From Squalus acanthias (Eukaryota): a stretch of DNA of 64,000 nt. The translations under genes and the position numbers were made by a program. Of this stretch, positions 35,960-49,500 are shown piece after piece (positions within the stretch are counted from its first letter, which is position 1; every line of letters begins with the position of its first letter). The notes beneath the pieces were generated by a model, which did not search any database, had not been told where the DNA came from, and saw nothing but the letters and a program-made list of their open reading frames with translations. The stretch is taken from the NCBI GenBank assembly GCA_030390025.1, contig JASTWF010000331.1, forward strand, positions 372,001 through 436,000, in the 5' to 3' direction.

Positions 35960-38220
35960 TTCACTCGTTTAGAGCCTCATTCTAAAATTCAACCATGTCC
36001 CCATGTTTTTAATTTCCCGATCAGAAGAAATAGTTTATCTCGTTCTACCATATCGAAACTTAACATTGTAAACACCTCGGTCAGGTCACCCCTCAATCTT
36101 CTACACTCAAGCTCATACAAGCCAGGCTTTTGCAACCTGTCAATCTGAGTGCATACTATTGATCCCCGCTCTTTCTCCTATCTCCATAACAATTTCTAAA
36201 CCAAGTTAAAAGGCTGCCTCCATTTCAATGCGCTCCCATTTATGCCAATTATCTTTTGTGTGGAACCTTATCGAATGCCTTCTGAAAGTCCACATCGATA
36301 ACATCCATAGGCACTCGATTGTCTACCTTATAAATGATTTTCTCAAAATATTCCACTAAATTAGTCAGACATGAATGACCTTTATTAAAGTCATGCTGGC
36401 TCTCTGATCAGCTCATTTTGCTCAAATGCTCAGTCACTCTATCCTTAATGACCGATTCTAGTAGCTTCCCCTCAAATTATTTAAAAATGACATGCATGGA
36501 GTTCCCTAAATTTCTATCTCACCCATCTTAAAAAGTGGAGTGACGTTAGCAACTTCCAGTCTAACGGCACAATTCCCGAATCAAGAAAACTTTGAAGGAT
36601 TCTAACTTAAACTTCTGCAATGTCCACCCTACTTCTTTTAATAACCTTGGGTGGAAATCATCAGATCCTAGAGATGTATCTATCCAAACGTCCAATATTT
36701 TCTCCATCTACATTTTTACAATTATGTACACAGTAAGTTCCTCTCCTTGATTTATTTTTATTTTGCCTTCTCTAACTTGTCCTTTTCATCTGCTGTGAAA
36801 TTGACACAAAGTATTCGTTAAATAAATCTGCTATTACCTTGTTAGCTATTACCATATAATCTGTGTCTGTCTTTAATGGCCCACATCTCCCTCAGCCACT
36901 CTCTTAATATTCATATATTTAGATGAATTGTTACTATCAGTTTTATATTACCTGCAAGGTACTTCGTATTCCCTTTTCACAACGCTTAATATTTTCTTTG
37001 TATCATTTGTTATTTTCTATCTTTCTCCCAGTCCTCAGGATTACCGCTTTTCTTGATATTAGTGTGAGTCACTTCCTTTAGCTTTATAATAATGTTACCG
37101 CACATGCAGACCATGGTTGTTTGACTGTACAAGTGAAACTTTACCTCCTTAGCGTTATGAGTTGGATGACCAGCAATGTCCTATCAACAAAATTAAGGAC
37201 AGACGGAATCAGGCCTATTACCGCCCTACCAGCCACCCCACACTGATCAGCAAAGTGACGGATGGACTCATCAATAGCGGGATTGTAAGTCGCCTCGACA
37301 ACAAGGCAGCATTTGCCTCGCTTTGGCATCAATGAGTCCCAGCATCCTAAGGTCAATGTGGGTCAAACAGTAAACCTTCCGTGGGTGGACATATTGAATT
37401 TCGGAGATGATTCGGGGCAGTGTTTTCTGTTGAAAAGTCTCGACCACTAACTTTTTGTTCATAGCGTGTCACAAGTGGGAAATATATTTCAATAATATCT
37501 ACAACAGCAGAAGGTTAACGTGTGAGATTATATTTGGAAGATTTATTTTATTCTAAGAAAAAAAAAATTCTTACCTGATCCATTATTCATAACTCAATTT
37601 TACAATATCATTGAATTACTGCACTAGTAAACGGCAATGGGTCAGTTCAATTACATCAAAAACTGTAAAAGTGGGGTATCGCAAGGATCAGTGTTTGGGC
37701 CTCAGCTCGTCACAATCTACATCAATGATTTGGATGAGAGGATTAAATGAAATACATCCAAGTTTGCTGATGATAAAAAGCTGGGTGGGAATGTAAGTTG
37801 TGAGGAGGATGCCAGGAGGCTTCAAGGGGATATAGAGAGGCTAAGTGAGTGGACATGAACATGGCAAATGGAATATAACGTGGAGAAATGTGAAGTTATC
37901 CACTTCGGTAGGAAAAATAGAAAAGCAGAGTATCTTCAAAATGGTGAGGAATTGGGAAATGTTGGTGTTCTGAGGAAACTGGGTGTCCTTGTACAAGAAT
38001 CACTGAAAGTTAACATGCAGGTACAGCAAGCAATTGTGAAAGCAAATGGTATGTTGGCCTTTATTACAAACGGATTTGAGGAATTGAATCAAGGGATATA
38101 GGGATAGTTCAGGAAAGTTGAGTGGTGGAAAAAGATCAGCCATGATCTTATTGAGTGGCGGAGCAGGCTCGGGGGCCAAATGGTCTACTCCTGTTTTTAT
38201 TTCTTAGGGTCTTATATTCT
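35960..38220. mobile_element. Degraded LINE fragments (CR1 - strand, RT fragment + strand, CR1 3' end + strand)
   Basis: Minus-strand CR1 RT remnants to ~37140. + strand CPINK...YRPTS...ISKV.DG RT remnant at ~37160-37300. CR1 3' piece at 37660-38220 (SKFADD, KCEVIHFG). Confidence 0.7.
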
Positions 38221-38224
38221 CATA

Positions 38225-38900
38225 AAGGTGTTCAGTATATTTTGGGTTTGTTCTGTGGCTCCTGATTCTGGTCCCAGAGAGTCTGCGCCAGTTTGCGTTG
38301 TATGTTCTACAGTTTAATGATCACACCCTGGGTAAAGACCAGTTACACATCGCAGTCATAAATCCGACCTTCAGCCTGATCCGTACAATCCCTCCCCGCC
38401 CTGTTCTGTGGTGCAGGGCTCGACCTGAAGCACAGATCGATACCAGAATCAATTCAATTTGAATGGTTCTAATGAATTACTGATCTTTTGCCCAAAGTTA
38501 TTAAGTATTTGTTTGTTAACGATTAAATTTGCCCCCATCTCTTCCATCTTCGGTTCGGAAGACCCCCACAAGAAAACTGAGTTCTGTATCCCGATTCATA
38601 TTCGAATCCTCAATTCGAGTATATTGCTCACCATAAAACCTGTTTATTATCGGACTATGAAAGGGCACTGATAGCAAGGGACAAAGATCACTATTAGTTT
38701 CTTGGGATCAAACAGAAGTTTGTCAGCACCTTGCTTTTTTGGAAAGATCTAACTTTCGAACTTTATCTCTTTCTTTGTCCAGATTCTAACTCTGTGGGAA
38801 TGAAAGACGTTCGGATCACAGCTATACTGATCTCGGTATTAGTCCTTTTATAATGTTAATCTGATCTGGATTTGCTTGGAGTTCAAAATTCGCGGCTGAC
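38225..38900 (-). promoter_or_regulatory. Repeated cassette copy B (minus-strand donor lost)
   Basis: Homologous to copy A with the GC box retained (~38395-38401). TACCTTG is replaced by GGTTTG. Confidence 0.45.
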
Positions 38901-41305
38901 ACCAATTGGGGGTGGGGGGGGAAGTCAATACTGAGGAGGACTGCAACAAATTACAGGAGAACATAAGAACATAAGAAATAGGAGCAGGATTCGGCCATTT
39001 TGCCCTTCGATCCTGCTTCGAAATTCAGTTAGATCTGGACTGATCATCTACCTCATGTTCACATTCCTGAACTATCCCCATATCCCTTGATTCCCTTAAT
39101 ATTCCAAAATCTAACGATCTTTGTCTTGAATATACTCAACTACTGAACCTCCACAGTCATCTGGGGCAGAGAATCACTAACATCTGGGTGAGGAAATGTC
39201 TCCTCATCTCCCTCCTAAGTGGCCGACCACTTATTCTAAGACTGTGGCCCCTGACACTAGACTCGCCAGCCAGGGGAAACATCATTCCTGCATTTACCCT
39301 GTCAAGCTCTGTAATAATGTTGTATGTTTCAATGAGATCACCTCTCATTCTTCTAAACTCTAGAAAATATAGGCCTAGTCTACTCAATCTCTCCTCATAG
39401 GACAATCCCCTCATCCCAGGAACCAGTCTGGTGAACCTTTGTTGCACTCCGTCTGTGGCAAGTATATCCTTCCTTAGGTAAGGAGACCAGAAATGTACAC
39501 AATACTCCAGATGTGGTCTCACCAAGGCCCTATATAATTGCCATAAGACGTTTTTACTCTTACACTCAAATCCTATTGTAATAACGGCCAACATACCATT
39601 TGCTTTCCGAATATCTTGCTGTTCCTGCAAGTTAACTTTCAGTGATTCGTGTACAAGGACACCCAGGTCCCTCTGAACACCAACATTTCCCAATTTCTCA
39701 CCATTTAAAAAAATACTTTGCTTTTATATTTTTCCTACCAAAGTGAATAACATCAGATTTCTCCACATTATATTCCATTTCCAAGGAGGACATGAATAAA
39801 CTTGCAGAATGTGTGTATAATTGGCAAGTGAATTCAACACAGATAAATGTGAGGTATTACATTTTGGTAGGAAGAATAGGGAGGTCACTTATTACTTGGA
39901 GGGTGCGAATCTAGATGGGGTAGAGGAAAAAAGGTATGTCGGAGTATAAATGCACAAATCAATAGAAGTTGCGACACAGGTTGGCAAGGCCATAAAAAAC
40001 TAACCAAGCACTAGGGTTCACTTCTAGAGGGTTAGAATTGAGAAGTAGAGAAGTTATGCTAAACCTGTATCGAACCTTGGTTAGACCACACTTGGAGTAC
40101 TTTGTACAGTTCTTGTTGCCATATTATAAAATATATATATATATAAGTACTGGAGATGGTTCAGAGAAGATTTACAAGGATGATACCAGAAATGCAAGGG
40201 TATACATATCAGGAAATTATGAAAATGCTGGGTCTCTTTTCTCAGGAAAAATGAAGGCTGAGGGGTGACCTGATGGAGGTCTTTATAATTATGAAAGTTT
40301 CTGATAGAGTGGATAAAGAGTGAGTGTTTGCACTTGTGGGGACGAGCATAACTAGAGGCCATCAATATAAGATAGTCACCAAGAAATCCAATAGGGAATT
40401 AAGAAGAAACTTCTTTACCCAAAGAGTGGTGAGAATGTGGAACTCGCTACCACAGGGAGAGTCTGAAGTGAATGTATAGATGCAGTTAAGGGGAGGCTAT
40501 ACAAGCATATGAGGGAGAAGGGAATACAGGGTTATGCTTATAGATTTAGATCAGTGAAGACGGGAGGGGGCTGGAGTGGAGCATAACCGCCGGCATGGAC
40601 TGCTTGTGCCGAAAAGTTTGTAGATGACACGAATCTCGGTAAAATCGTAAATCGTGAGAAGGATAACAAAATACTTCAGGAGGAAATAGACACTCTGGTG
40701 AAATGGGCAGACAATTTTAAAGGGGTTGCAGGAACAGAAAAACTTGGGGTACACATAGAGAAATCTTTGAAGGTGGCAGGACAGGTCGATAAGCATTTAG
40801 AAAAGTATACGAGACCATTGGCTTTATAAATAGAGGAATAGGAATATAGGAACATAGGAACAGGGTTAGGCCATTCATTCACTCTTCACTCCATTCAATT
40901 CGATTATGGCTGAGCTGTATCGTAACTCCATTTACCCGCCTTGGTTCCGTAATCCAAAATACCATTGCCTAACTTAAATCTATCAATGACAGTTTTGTTA
41001 TTTGCAAATGACCGAACATCAACTGCTTTTTGAAGGCAGGTGTTCCAGATTTCCAGTAAACTCTGTCTGAAGACCTGCTTTCTAACATCACCCCTGAACA
41101 GCCGAGCTTTGCGTTTAAGTTTATCCCCCCCCCCACTTTTTCTGGACTCGTCCACCAAAGGAAATATTTCAACTCTTTCTATCCCAGCAATTCCTTTGAT
41201 CATCTTAAACACCTCAATTCGATCACCCTTAATCTTGTATAATCAAGGGAATAAAAGCTTCAGCTATGCAATCTTTCCTCATAATTTAAATCTTTTAGCC
41301 CCGGT
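38900..41305. mobile_element. Nested CR1 fragments
   Basis: A + strand CR1 3' part is split by a minus-strand CR1 3' end (~38958-39783, GAACATAA tail). 40597-41305 repeats the nested junction seen at ~31785-32550. Confidence 0.8.
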
Positions 41306-41307
41306 AT

Positions 41308-42330
41308 TTTACCTTGTGCTGCGGCTCCTGATTCTTGTTCCAGAGAGCCCGGGCAAGTTAGCGTTGTGGGTTCCGCAGGTTAATGAACACACCCTGAGTA
41401 AAGATCAGTTCCACATCACAGTCATAAACCCGACCTTCAGCCTGATCAGTACAATCTCTCCCCGCCCTGTTCTCTGGTGCAGGGTTCGATCTGAATTACA
41501 CACGGTTTTATTCGAATTGAATTGTTCTGATCTTTTAACCAAAGTCATTAATATTAATTGCGACAACATCTCCCCCCCCCCTCAGCTCTTCCACCTGCGG
41601 TTCAGAAGACCCCGCGGAGAGACTGCGTTCTGTAGCCGGAATCACTTTCGTGTCTCAATTCGATTTGATGACTCACTATAAATCTTCACTATTATCGGAG
41701 TATAAAAGAACTGAGATTGCCAGGGACAAAGATCACTGTTAATTTATTGGGATCAAACATCAGAGGGTTGGGCACAGTGAACTCTCTGAGTTAACACGTT
41801 AATGTTTTGCAATTATCTTCCCTTTCGATCATTAGCTCTTTCATTGACCCGATTCTAACTCTGTGTAAATGTAAATCATTAGTATCCCGGCTCTATTAAT
41901 CTGGGTGTCAGGCTTTTTACAATGTTCACCTGATCTGGATTGACATGGAGTTCCCAATTCCTGTCACATGACTAGTTACTGGTTAGTTTCCAATGATGGT
42001 CATTTATTAGCAACAAAGCAACGATTATAATATCCGGGAGATAATCTCCAGTTAATGAGTAACAGTGTGGACCTTGATCAGATTGTTCACACCCAGGGGT
42101 ATCAGGCTCCAGTTTTCACTTACTGGAGCTGAATTAGCAAATGTGTGCGGTAAACAAGCGAACCCTCTGTATCATTGGCCAGTTAACTTTAATTTATGGT
42201 GCTGTAAATTTACATTTAATTTCATTTAAAAAAGCGGGCAGCAAATTCAATTTATTATGAGACTGAGTAACTCTGAAAATTAAATTAATTCCCTAATTCT
42301 AATTTGCATTTACCTTGAATAATATAAACT
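41308..42330 (-). promoter_or_regulatory. Repeated cassette copy C (most complete version)
   Basis: Donor CAAG|GTAAA (GT at 41312-41311) and GC box at ~41461. Contains both the B-type and the A-type distal blocks. Confidence 0.5.
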
Positions 42331-43699
42331 TCATAAAATATGTCGAGACTCCTCTGTGTCTGATACCCCTTATTCCTTTTCCGTGCCGCCCCTTCCAGTG
42401 CTTCATCTCTGGTTCCACAACTACTCTGTTCCTGATGTTTCTTTCCCTCCCCCACCTGTTACAATCCTAATTCTCCCCTTTGCCTTCCTTTCCTCCGGCA
42501 CGGTTCCTGATTCAGCCCCTGCATCCGTTCGCTCTCCGGCTCTATATCTGATGTTCCCTCTCTTACCTTTTCCACCTCTTCTATACCTGATTAACTTCCT
42601 TGCCTCCCTCTCCCTCTTGCTTCATGTCTGACTCCCCATTCACCACAAAGGACACATCAAAACTATTCAAATTACTCCATGCGTCACACTAAGTGTGCGC
42701 ATAATCCCCCATAATCTACAGAGTCCATCTCATATTATCTTCACCGAATGCAGATAGGGATTGGGAAAGGGGTACCGACAATACCAGGCAGGAAGCCACC
42801 TAATGTTCCTCTTCAATATAAATTTATTTTTGTTCACAAATCTCCATATTAAAATGGTCCATTGTTTATCACTGGACCCGCTTTTTTTGATGTGTCATCT
42901 CCCCACATAGGTCCTGGTTGGCCTTTTCGAATCACTGCAATCGTTGTGGTGATGATGCTTCTAGGTTTGTGCTAACAAGGCAATTGCAGGATTTTCACGT
43001 AACAACGATGTGGGGACCATGAAATGCGCCTAAGTTAAGATCGGCAGTGACTTCCAGGGGATATTGGAGCAGCGGGTATCTCACAACTTCGCTGCTCTAA
43101 TCCTTATTATTGGTAGACAGAGTAGATATGAGAGGCGATGCGAATTTAGCTTCATGAGATGCTGTGTACAGTGCATACTACAGCAATATTGCAATGCTGG
43201 TGGACGGGGTGGATATTACAGACTTACAATCAAGCGGACAGTTTTTCTTGTATGGCGCTGAGCATTATGAGTGGTGTGGTGGGTATATCGTTAAGACAAT
43301 TGCTGATTACTTCATCACATTCTTAATATGAAACCTGAAGCTGGTGCAGAGGCTTTCAGCAGTCAGAAAGAGAGACACTTATCGTGGAGAACTCTTCACT
43401 TTTAGTGTTGATAAGGCTGTCCCCGTTAATCATCTAAATGGTGACCTCCGTGTTGTTGATGGGGCGGCACTCAGCGATTTGGTAAACGCGAAATGTTGGA
43501 GGGAGATTGTACCTTTTCCTGTTAGAGCTGGTAATGGCCTGGCACTGACACAGCACAAATGTTACCTGACTGGAAAATGTCCTGGTCCTGAATTAGCCTG
43601 TCACAGGCTGCTTCTTTATGTATGGAGTACTAAATGGAGCAGGGCACTGTTGAGTTATCAGAGAACGGGCTGACTCGAGAACTTATGACAATTTCACTA

Positions 43700-44545
43700 G
43701 ACTGACCTCTTGGATTAGAAGATTGTCCTATGAGGAGAGATTGAGTAGACTGGGCCAATACTCTGTGGAGTTTAGAAGAATGAGGGGTGATCTCATTGAA
43801 ACCTATACGATTCTGCGGGGCATTGACAGGGTATAAGCTGAGAGGTTGTTTCGCCTGGCTGAAAATATTACATTCGCCTCCTTGTTTTCAATCCCCTCCA
43901 GGGCCTCGCCCCTTCCTATCTCTGTAATATCCTCCAACCACAACCCCCCCGAGATATCAGTGATCCTCTAATTTTGGCCTCTTGACCATCCCTGATTATA
44001 ATCGCTCAACCATTGGTGGCCATGCCTTCCACTGCCTAGGCCCAAAGCTGTGGAACTCCCTCCCTAAATCTCTCCACCTCTCTACCTCTCTTTCCTCCTT
44101 TAAGACACTCCTTAAAACCTCGCTAATTGACCAAGCATTTGGTCATCTGCCCTAATTTATCCTTCTGTGGCTGGGCGTCACATTTTGTTTTCTAACACTC
44201 CTGTAAAGCGCCTTGGGACGTGTTACTACGTTAAAGGCGCTATATACACACAAGTTGTTGTTGTTGTTGTTGCTTGGCGATTCTAGAACTAGGGTCATAG
44301 TCTCGGGATAAGGGGTCGGCCATTTAAGACTGAGATGAGGAGGAATTTCTTCACTCAGAGGGTTGTGAATCTTTGGATGTGGATGCTGAATCGTTAAATA
44401 TGTTTAAGACTGAGATACATAAATTGTTGGACTCCAGAGGAATCAGTGGAATTGAAGTCGAAGATCAACCAATGCTCTTGTTTAATGGCGGAGAAGGCTC
44501 GAGGGGCCGTATGGCCTACTTCTGCTCCTAATTCTTATGTTCTAT
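43700..44545 (+). mobile_element. CR1 3' end with nested L2-like 3' fragment
   Basis: LSYEERLSRLG...RRMRGDLIE remnants, interrupted at ~43865-44272 by a fragment ending GGCGCTATATA...(GTT)n. Confidence 0.7.
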
Positions 44546-45437
44546 GTAATATTCTTAAAAATATTAAAAATGATAAGTTTGCTGGTCTTTCCTTCGCTGT
44601 AGTTATCGCTACAAACTAACAATCGTATTCAATACAGATTAGCGTCTATAGAGCAGGCAGAATCACTTTACATCTAACGATGTTGTCACCATGTTGCTCA
44701 AAGTAGTGTTTGACACAGTGCGCCTGTTTCTATTGACTTGTCCATGCGGCAGTGCGTTGTAAATCTAGTTATAGCGAGTCTTCACGGAACTTTGAAATGC
44801 AATGTGTGGTTAAATCGTATAACGATTCTGCAATTTTTATCAAACTTTGCAATGCATAATTGTCCTTGCAGCTCACCGTACTGATAAGAAAATCGGAGTA
44901 AAATAATTTGTCAGTGCGACACATAATCTTTGTAACAATGTGCAGAAGCTCCACAGATCTGACTATTCAGCAACATCTCAATTTTATCTCAAATATCTGA
45001 CAACTGTCTTTCGCATTTATTACTTGCACTTTCTATCAATCATAGTTACATAAATCTTTCTGTATTAGTGTAATTCAGAAATATATATTACTCTGTTTGG
45101 ATTCAGAAAAAGCGTGAAAAACGTAATTTTATTTTCGATGATAAGCATTCAACTTTTGATCACCAATCGTGATTTCTAGTTCATATTGAAAACGGCAAAC
45201 ATTACAGTTAGGAGCTGAGTTCTCAGTGTTTTGTATCATTAGGACATTGACCAGAAGACACGAGCTCTATTCCACGTGGCCCAGAAACTGTATGAAGTGG
45301 CGGCTGTCGGTCAGACCCGCATTTGCAGAAACCTTAAAACGATAGCAAAATACTCAGGATGCTGGAAATCCGAAATAACAACAGAAAACGCTGGACAAAC
45401 TCAGCAGGCCAGGCAGCATCCGTAGAGAGAGAAACAG

Positions 45438-45474
45438 AGTTAACGTTTCAGGTCGCAGACCTTTCGTCAGAACT
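45438..45474 (-). ncRNA. Minimal hammerhead ribozyme, left arm
   Basis: Minus strand: AGTT-CTGACGA-A-AGGTC-TGC-GACCT-GAAA-CGT-T-AACT. Confidence 0.8.
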
Positions 45475-45762
45475 GGAAAAAAGCAGGAAATGAAATAGAA
45501 TTAAAGCAAGGATAAAGCTGGGAAAAGGGGGAGGGGATGAAAGAACAAAAGGACAGATTAAGAGACATTGAGAGAACAAGGTTGAAGAGGTCTGGGAATG
45601 CCTACCATGAAGAAGTTCTGCTCTTCTCTTCGGCGGGAACTCCGTTTGTCTCTTCAACCTTGTTCTCTCAATGTCTCTTAATCTCCCTATTTGCTCTTTC
45701 ATCCCCTCCCCCTTTTCCAAATTTATCCTTGCTTTAAATCTATTTCATTTCCTGCTTTTTCC

Positions 45763-45799
45763 AGTTCTGACGAAAGGTCTTCGACCTGAAACGTTAACT
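45763..45799 (+). ncRNA. Minimal hammerhead ribozyme, right arm
   Basis: AGTT-CTGACGA-A-AGGTC-TTC-GACCT-GAAA-CGT-T-AACT. Core, stem I AGTT/AACT, stem II AGGTC/GACCT and palindromic AACGTT. Confidence 0.82.
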
Positions 45800-46159
45800 C
45801 TGTTTCTCTCTCCACGGATGCTGCCTGGCCTGCTGAGTTTTTCCAGCGTTTTCTGTTGTTATTTCTGCAGAAATCTTACCGAGGCAGGAGGTTAAAATTA
45901 CCTCATTGGTTCTGCGCTAATAGAAACTTGATTTGACAATTTATCTGGTAAATCTAAATTGCTGGGCATGTGTTAGAAGGCAATTGTCTCTGTTTCTCAG
46001 GAATGTTATACCACCAATACATCTCGCTAGTGTCTATTCAAATGCCACCTTACGGAGAAAGGTACAGATTGGTCGCTCTGAAATTGAGGTGTAACAACCC
46101 AGAGGCAATGACGACATAGAAGCCTGGAATAATACAGCATAGAAGGAGGCCGTTCGTAA

Positions 46160-46540
46160 GGGCGGCACGGTGGCATAGTGGTTAGCACTGGTGCCTCACA
46201 GCGCCAGCGACCCGGGATCGAATCCGGCCTCGGGTGACTGTCTGTGTGGAGTTTGCACATTGTCTGCGTGGGTTTCCTCCGGGTGCTCCGGTTTCCTCCC
46301 ACAGTCCAAAAATGTGCGGGTTAGGTTGATTTGGCTATGATAAATTGACCCTTAGTATTAGGGGGGGATTAAATATGTGGGGTTACGGGGATAGGATGGG
46401 ATATGTTAGGGGGAATTAAATACGTGGGGTATGTGTCGGTGCAGGCACGATGGGGATTCTCTGTGGGAAAGCAGGGACAGGGTACTGGATTTGGATGATC
46501 AGCCATGGCCTACTCCTGCTTTAGTTTCTATGTTTCTATG
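46160..46540 (+). mobile_element. V-SINE (HE1-like) with CR1-type tail
   Basis: tRNA-like head GGGCGGCACGGTGGCATAGTGGTTAGCACT, V-domain TGTGTGGAGTTTGCA...GGGTTTCCTCCGGGTGCTCCGGTTTCCTCCCACA, and (TTTCTATG)n tail. Absent from the duplicate at ~61827. Confidence 0.88.
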
Positions 46541-46544
46541 ATCC

Positions 46545-49500
46545 ATCCAGTCTGCGCTGGCTCTTTCGAATAGCAATCCAGTTAGTCCCATTCCTCCAAT
46601 CTTTCCCCATATTCCTGCAATATTTTCTCCTTCAAGTATTTATCCAATTCGATTTTGAAAGCTACTATTGAATCTGATTCCACCACCTTATCAGGAAGTG
46701 CCTTCCAAATGCAACCCAAACGTTATGTAATACAGTTTTTCCTCATGTCGCCTCTGGTTCTTTTGCCAATCACCTTAAATCTGTTCCCTTTGGTTATCGA
46801 CCGTTCAGCCACTGGAAACCGTTTCTCTTTGTTCACTCTATCTAATCCCGTCGTCACTTTAAACACCTGTATCTAATCACCACTTAACCTTCATTGCTCT
46901 AAGGAGAACAATCCCAGCTTCTCCAGTCTATCCACGTGGCTATAATCCCTCATCATTGGAACTATTCTACTAAATCTCTTCTATACCCTCCCGAAAGCCT
47001 TCATGTCCTTTCTAAATTGTGGAGCTCAGAATTAGACACAATACTCCAGCTGGGAAAGGGGTGGGTGCGAACTGAACTTTTATATAGGTTTAACATACTT
47101 CTTGTCTTGTGTACTCTATGCCTCTACTTATAGATCCCAGGATCCCATAGGCTCTATTAACTGCTTTACTCACTTGTCCTGCCTCCTTCAATGATCCCCT
47201 GTTCTCTCTGTTCTTGCACCCCATGTAAAATTGTACCATTTAGCCTATATTTTCTCTCCCCAATCTTCCAACCAAAATAGAGCTCGTCACACTTGTCTGC
47301 GTTGAATTTAATCTGTCCTGTGTCCGCACATTCCACCAACCCAACTATACCCTATTGAGGTTCATTTCTTTAATCCTAATTTTTACTATGCTTCCAAGTT
47401 TCGTGTCATTTGCAAATTTCGAAATTGTGCCTGTAACCCTAATTTTAATTCATTGATGTTTATCAAAAACAGCAGTGGTCCCAGTACTAAATCCTGGTGA
47501 AGACCAATGTTTTCTTCCCTCCAGTCCGAAAAAAGCAGCCATTCAACACAGCACTCCGTTTTCTACTGTATGAACTGGCGGCTGTAGGTGAGATCCGCAT
47601 CTGCTGAAACACTCCAGCCCAGGTAACATCCTGGTAAATCTCCTCTGCACCCTCTCTAATGCAATCACATCCTTCCTATAGCGTGGCTACCAGAACTGCA
47701 CACAGTATTCCAGCTGTGGCCTAACTAGCGTTTTGTAAAGCTGCATCATAACCTCTCTGCTCTTATATTCTATGCCTCGGCTAATGAAGGCAAGTATGCC
47801 ATATGCCTTCTTAACGACCTTATCTACCGGTCATAGTCATTGAGTCATAGAGTCATAGAGTTATACAGCAGAGAAAGAGGGCCTTCGGCCAATCGTGTCC
47901 GCGCTGGCCATCAAGCCCTGTCTATTCTAATCCCATTTTCCAGCACTTGGTCCGTAGCCTTGTATGCTATGGCGTTTCAAGTGCTCAACTAAATACTTCT
48001 AGAATATTGTGAGGGTTCCTGCCTCTACCACACTTTCGGGCAGTGAGTTCCAGGTACCGAACACCGTCTGGGTGAAAAAGTGTTTCCTCAAATCCTCTCT
48101 AAAACTTCTTCACCTTAACTTGAAACTATGCCCCCTGGTTATTGACCCCTCTACTAAGGGGAAAAGTTCCTTTCTATCTACCCTATCTATGCCGATCATA
48201 TTTGTGTACACCTCAATCAAGACCCCGTTCTGCCTTCTCTGCTCTGAGGAAAACAACCCCAGACTGTCCAGTCTATCATCTTAGCTGAAGCGCTGCAGCC
48301 CAGGTAACATCCTAATGAATCTACTCTGCACCCTCTCCAATGCAAACTCATCCTTCCTATAGTGTGGCGACCAGAACTGCACACAGTATTCCAGTAAGGT
48401 CCTAACTAGCGTTTTGTACAGCTCCATTATAACCTCCCTGCTTTTATATTTTATGCCTCAGCTAATGAAGGCAAGTATCCCATTTGCCTTTTTAATCTCC
48501 TTATCTACCTGTCCTGCTGCCTTCAGGGATCTATGTACTTGCACACCAAGGTCCCTATGATCCTCTGCCCTTCCTAGGGTCCTACCATTCATTGTGTACT
48601 CCCTTGCCTTATTAATACTCCCAAAATGCATCGCCTCACTCTTTTCAGGGTTAAATTCCATTTTGCCACTGTTTTGCCCATCTAGCCAACCCGTATATAT
48701 CGTCCTGTAGCCTAAGGCTGCCCTCCTCGCTATTTACCACTCCACCAATTTTCGTGTCATCTGCGAACTTGCTGATCATACCTCTACATTCATATCTAAA
48801 TCATTTATGTACACTACAAACAGCAAAGGATCCAGCACCGATCCCTGCGGTACACCACTGGACACAGGCTTCGAGTCACAAAAACAATCTTCGACCATCA
48901 CTCTCTGCCTCCTGCCACTAAGCCAATTTTGGATCCAATGTGCCAAATTCCCCTTGGATCCCATGGGCTCTTACCTTCTTGGCCAGTAACCCATGCGGGT
49001 ATTTGTGAAAAGCCTTACTGAAGTCCATGCAGACCACATCAACTGCACTACCCTCATCCACACACCTAGTCACCCCCTTGAAAAATGCAATCAACTTGGT
49101 TAGACATTATCTCCCCCTGACAAAGCCATGCTGACTATCCTTGATTAATCCCTGTCTCTCCAAGTGCAGACTAATTCTGTTCCTCAGAATGTTTCCAATA
49201 ATTTCCCTACCACTGATGTTAGGCTCACTGGCCTGTAATTCCCTGGTTTATCCCTACTACCCTTCTTGAATAAAGCTACTACATTAGCTGTTCTGCAGTC
49301 ATCTGGCACCTCCCCTGTGGACAGAGTGGTTCTGAAAATTTGTGTCAGAGCCCCTGCAATCTCCTCCCTTGCCTCACACAGCAGCCTGGGATACATCTCG
49401 TCTGGTCCTGGGGATGTATTCACTTTTAAGCCCGCTAAAACCGCTAGTACCTCCTCCCTCTCAATACTGATTTTTGTTCAAGTATATCACAATCCCCCTG

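Larger units (their letters stand above)
45337..45865. mobile_element. Non-autonomous Penelope-type fold-back element (inverted pLTR-like arms)
   Basis: ~220-bp inverted arms around a ~60-bp spacer, with a ~35-bp extra tail on the left arm. 13-bp TSD TGCAGAAA(C/T)CTTA at 45324-45336 and 45866-45878. Empty site in the duplicate near 61537-61549. Confidence 0.88.
31715..47564. repeat. Segmental duplication, copy 1
   Basis: Colinear, same-orientation similarity to ~50673-62995 across both TE debris and unique sequence (e.g. 44550-45330 vs 60775-61545). Confidence 0.92.

Noticed and set aside
37141..37462. Novel small ORFs on the minus strand
   Set aside because: The + strand translates to a decayed LINE RT segment (CPINK...YRPTS...ISKV).
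42660..43690. Conserved short ORFs repeated at 58850-59880
   Set aside because: The similarity is explained by the segmental duplication. Frames differ between copies and the region looks like old repeat debris that I could not classify.
46160..46235. tRNA gene
   Set aside because: It is the tRNA-derived head of a V-SINE, followed directly by the SINE body and tail.
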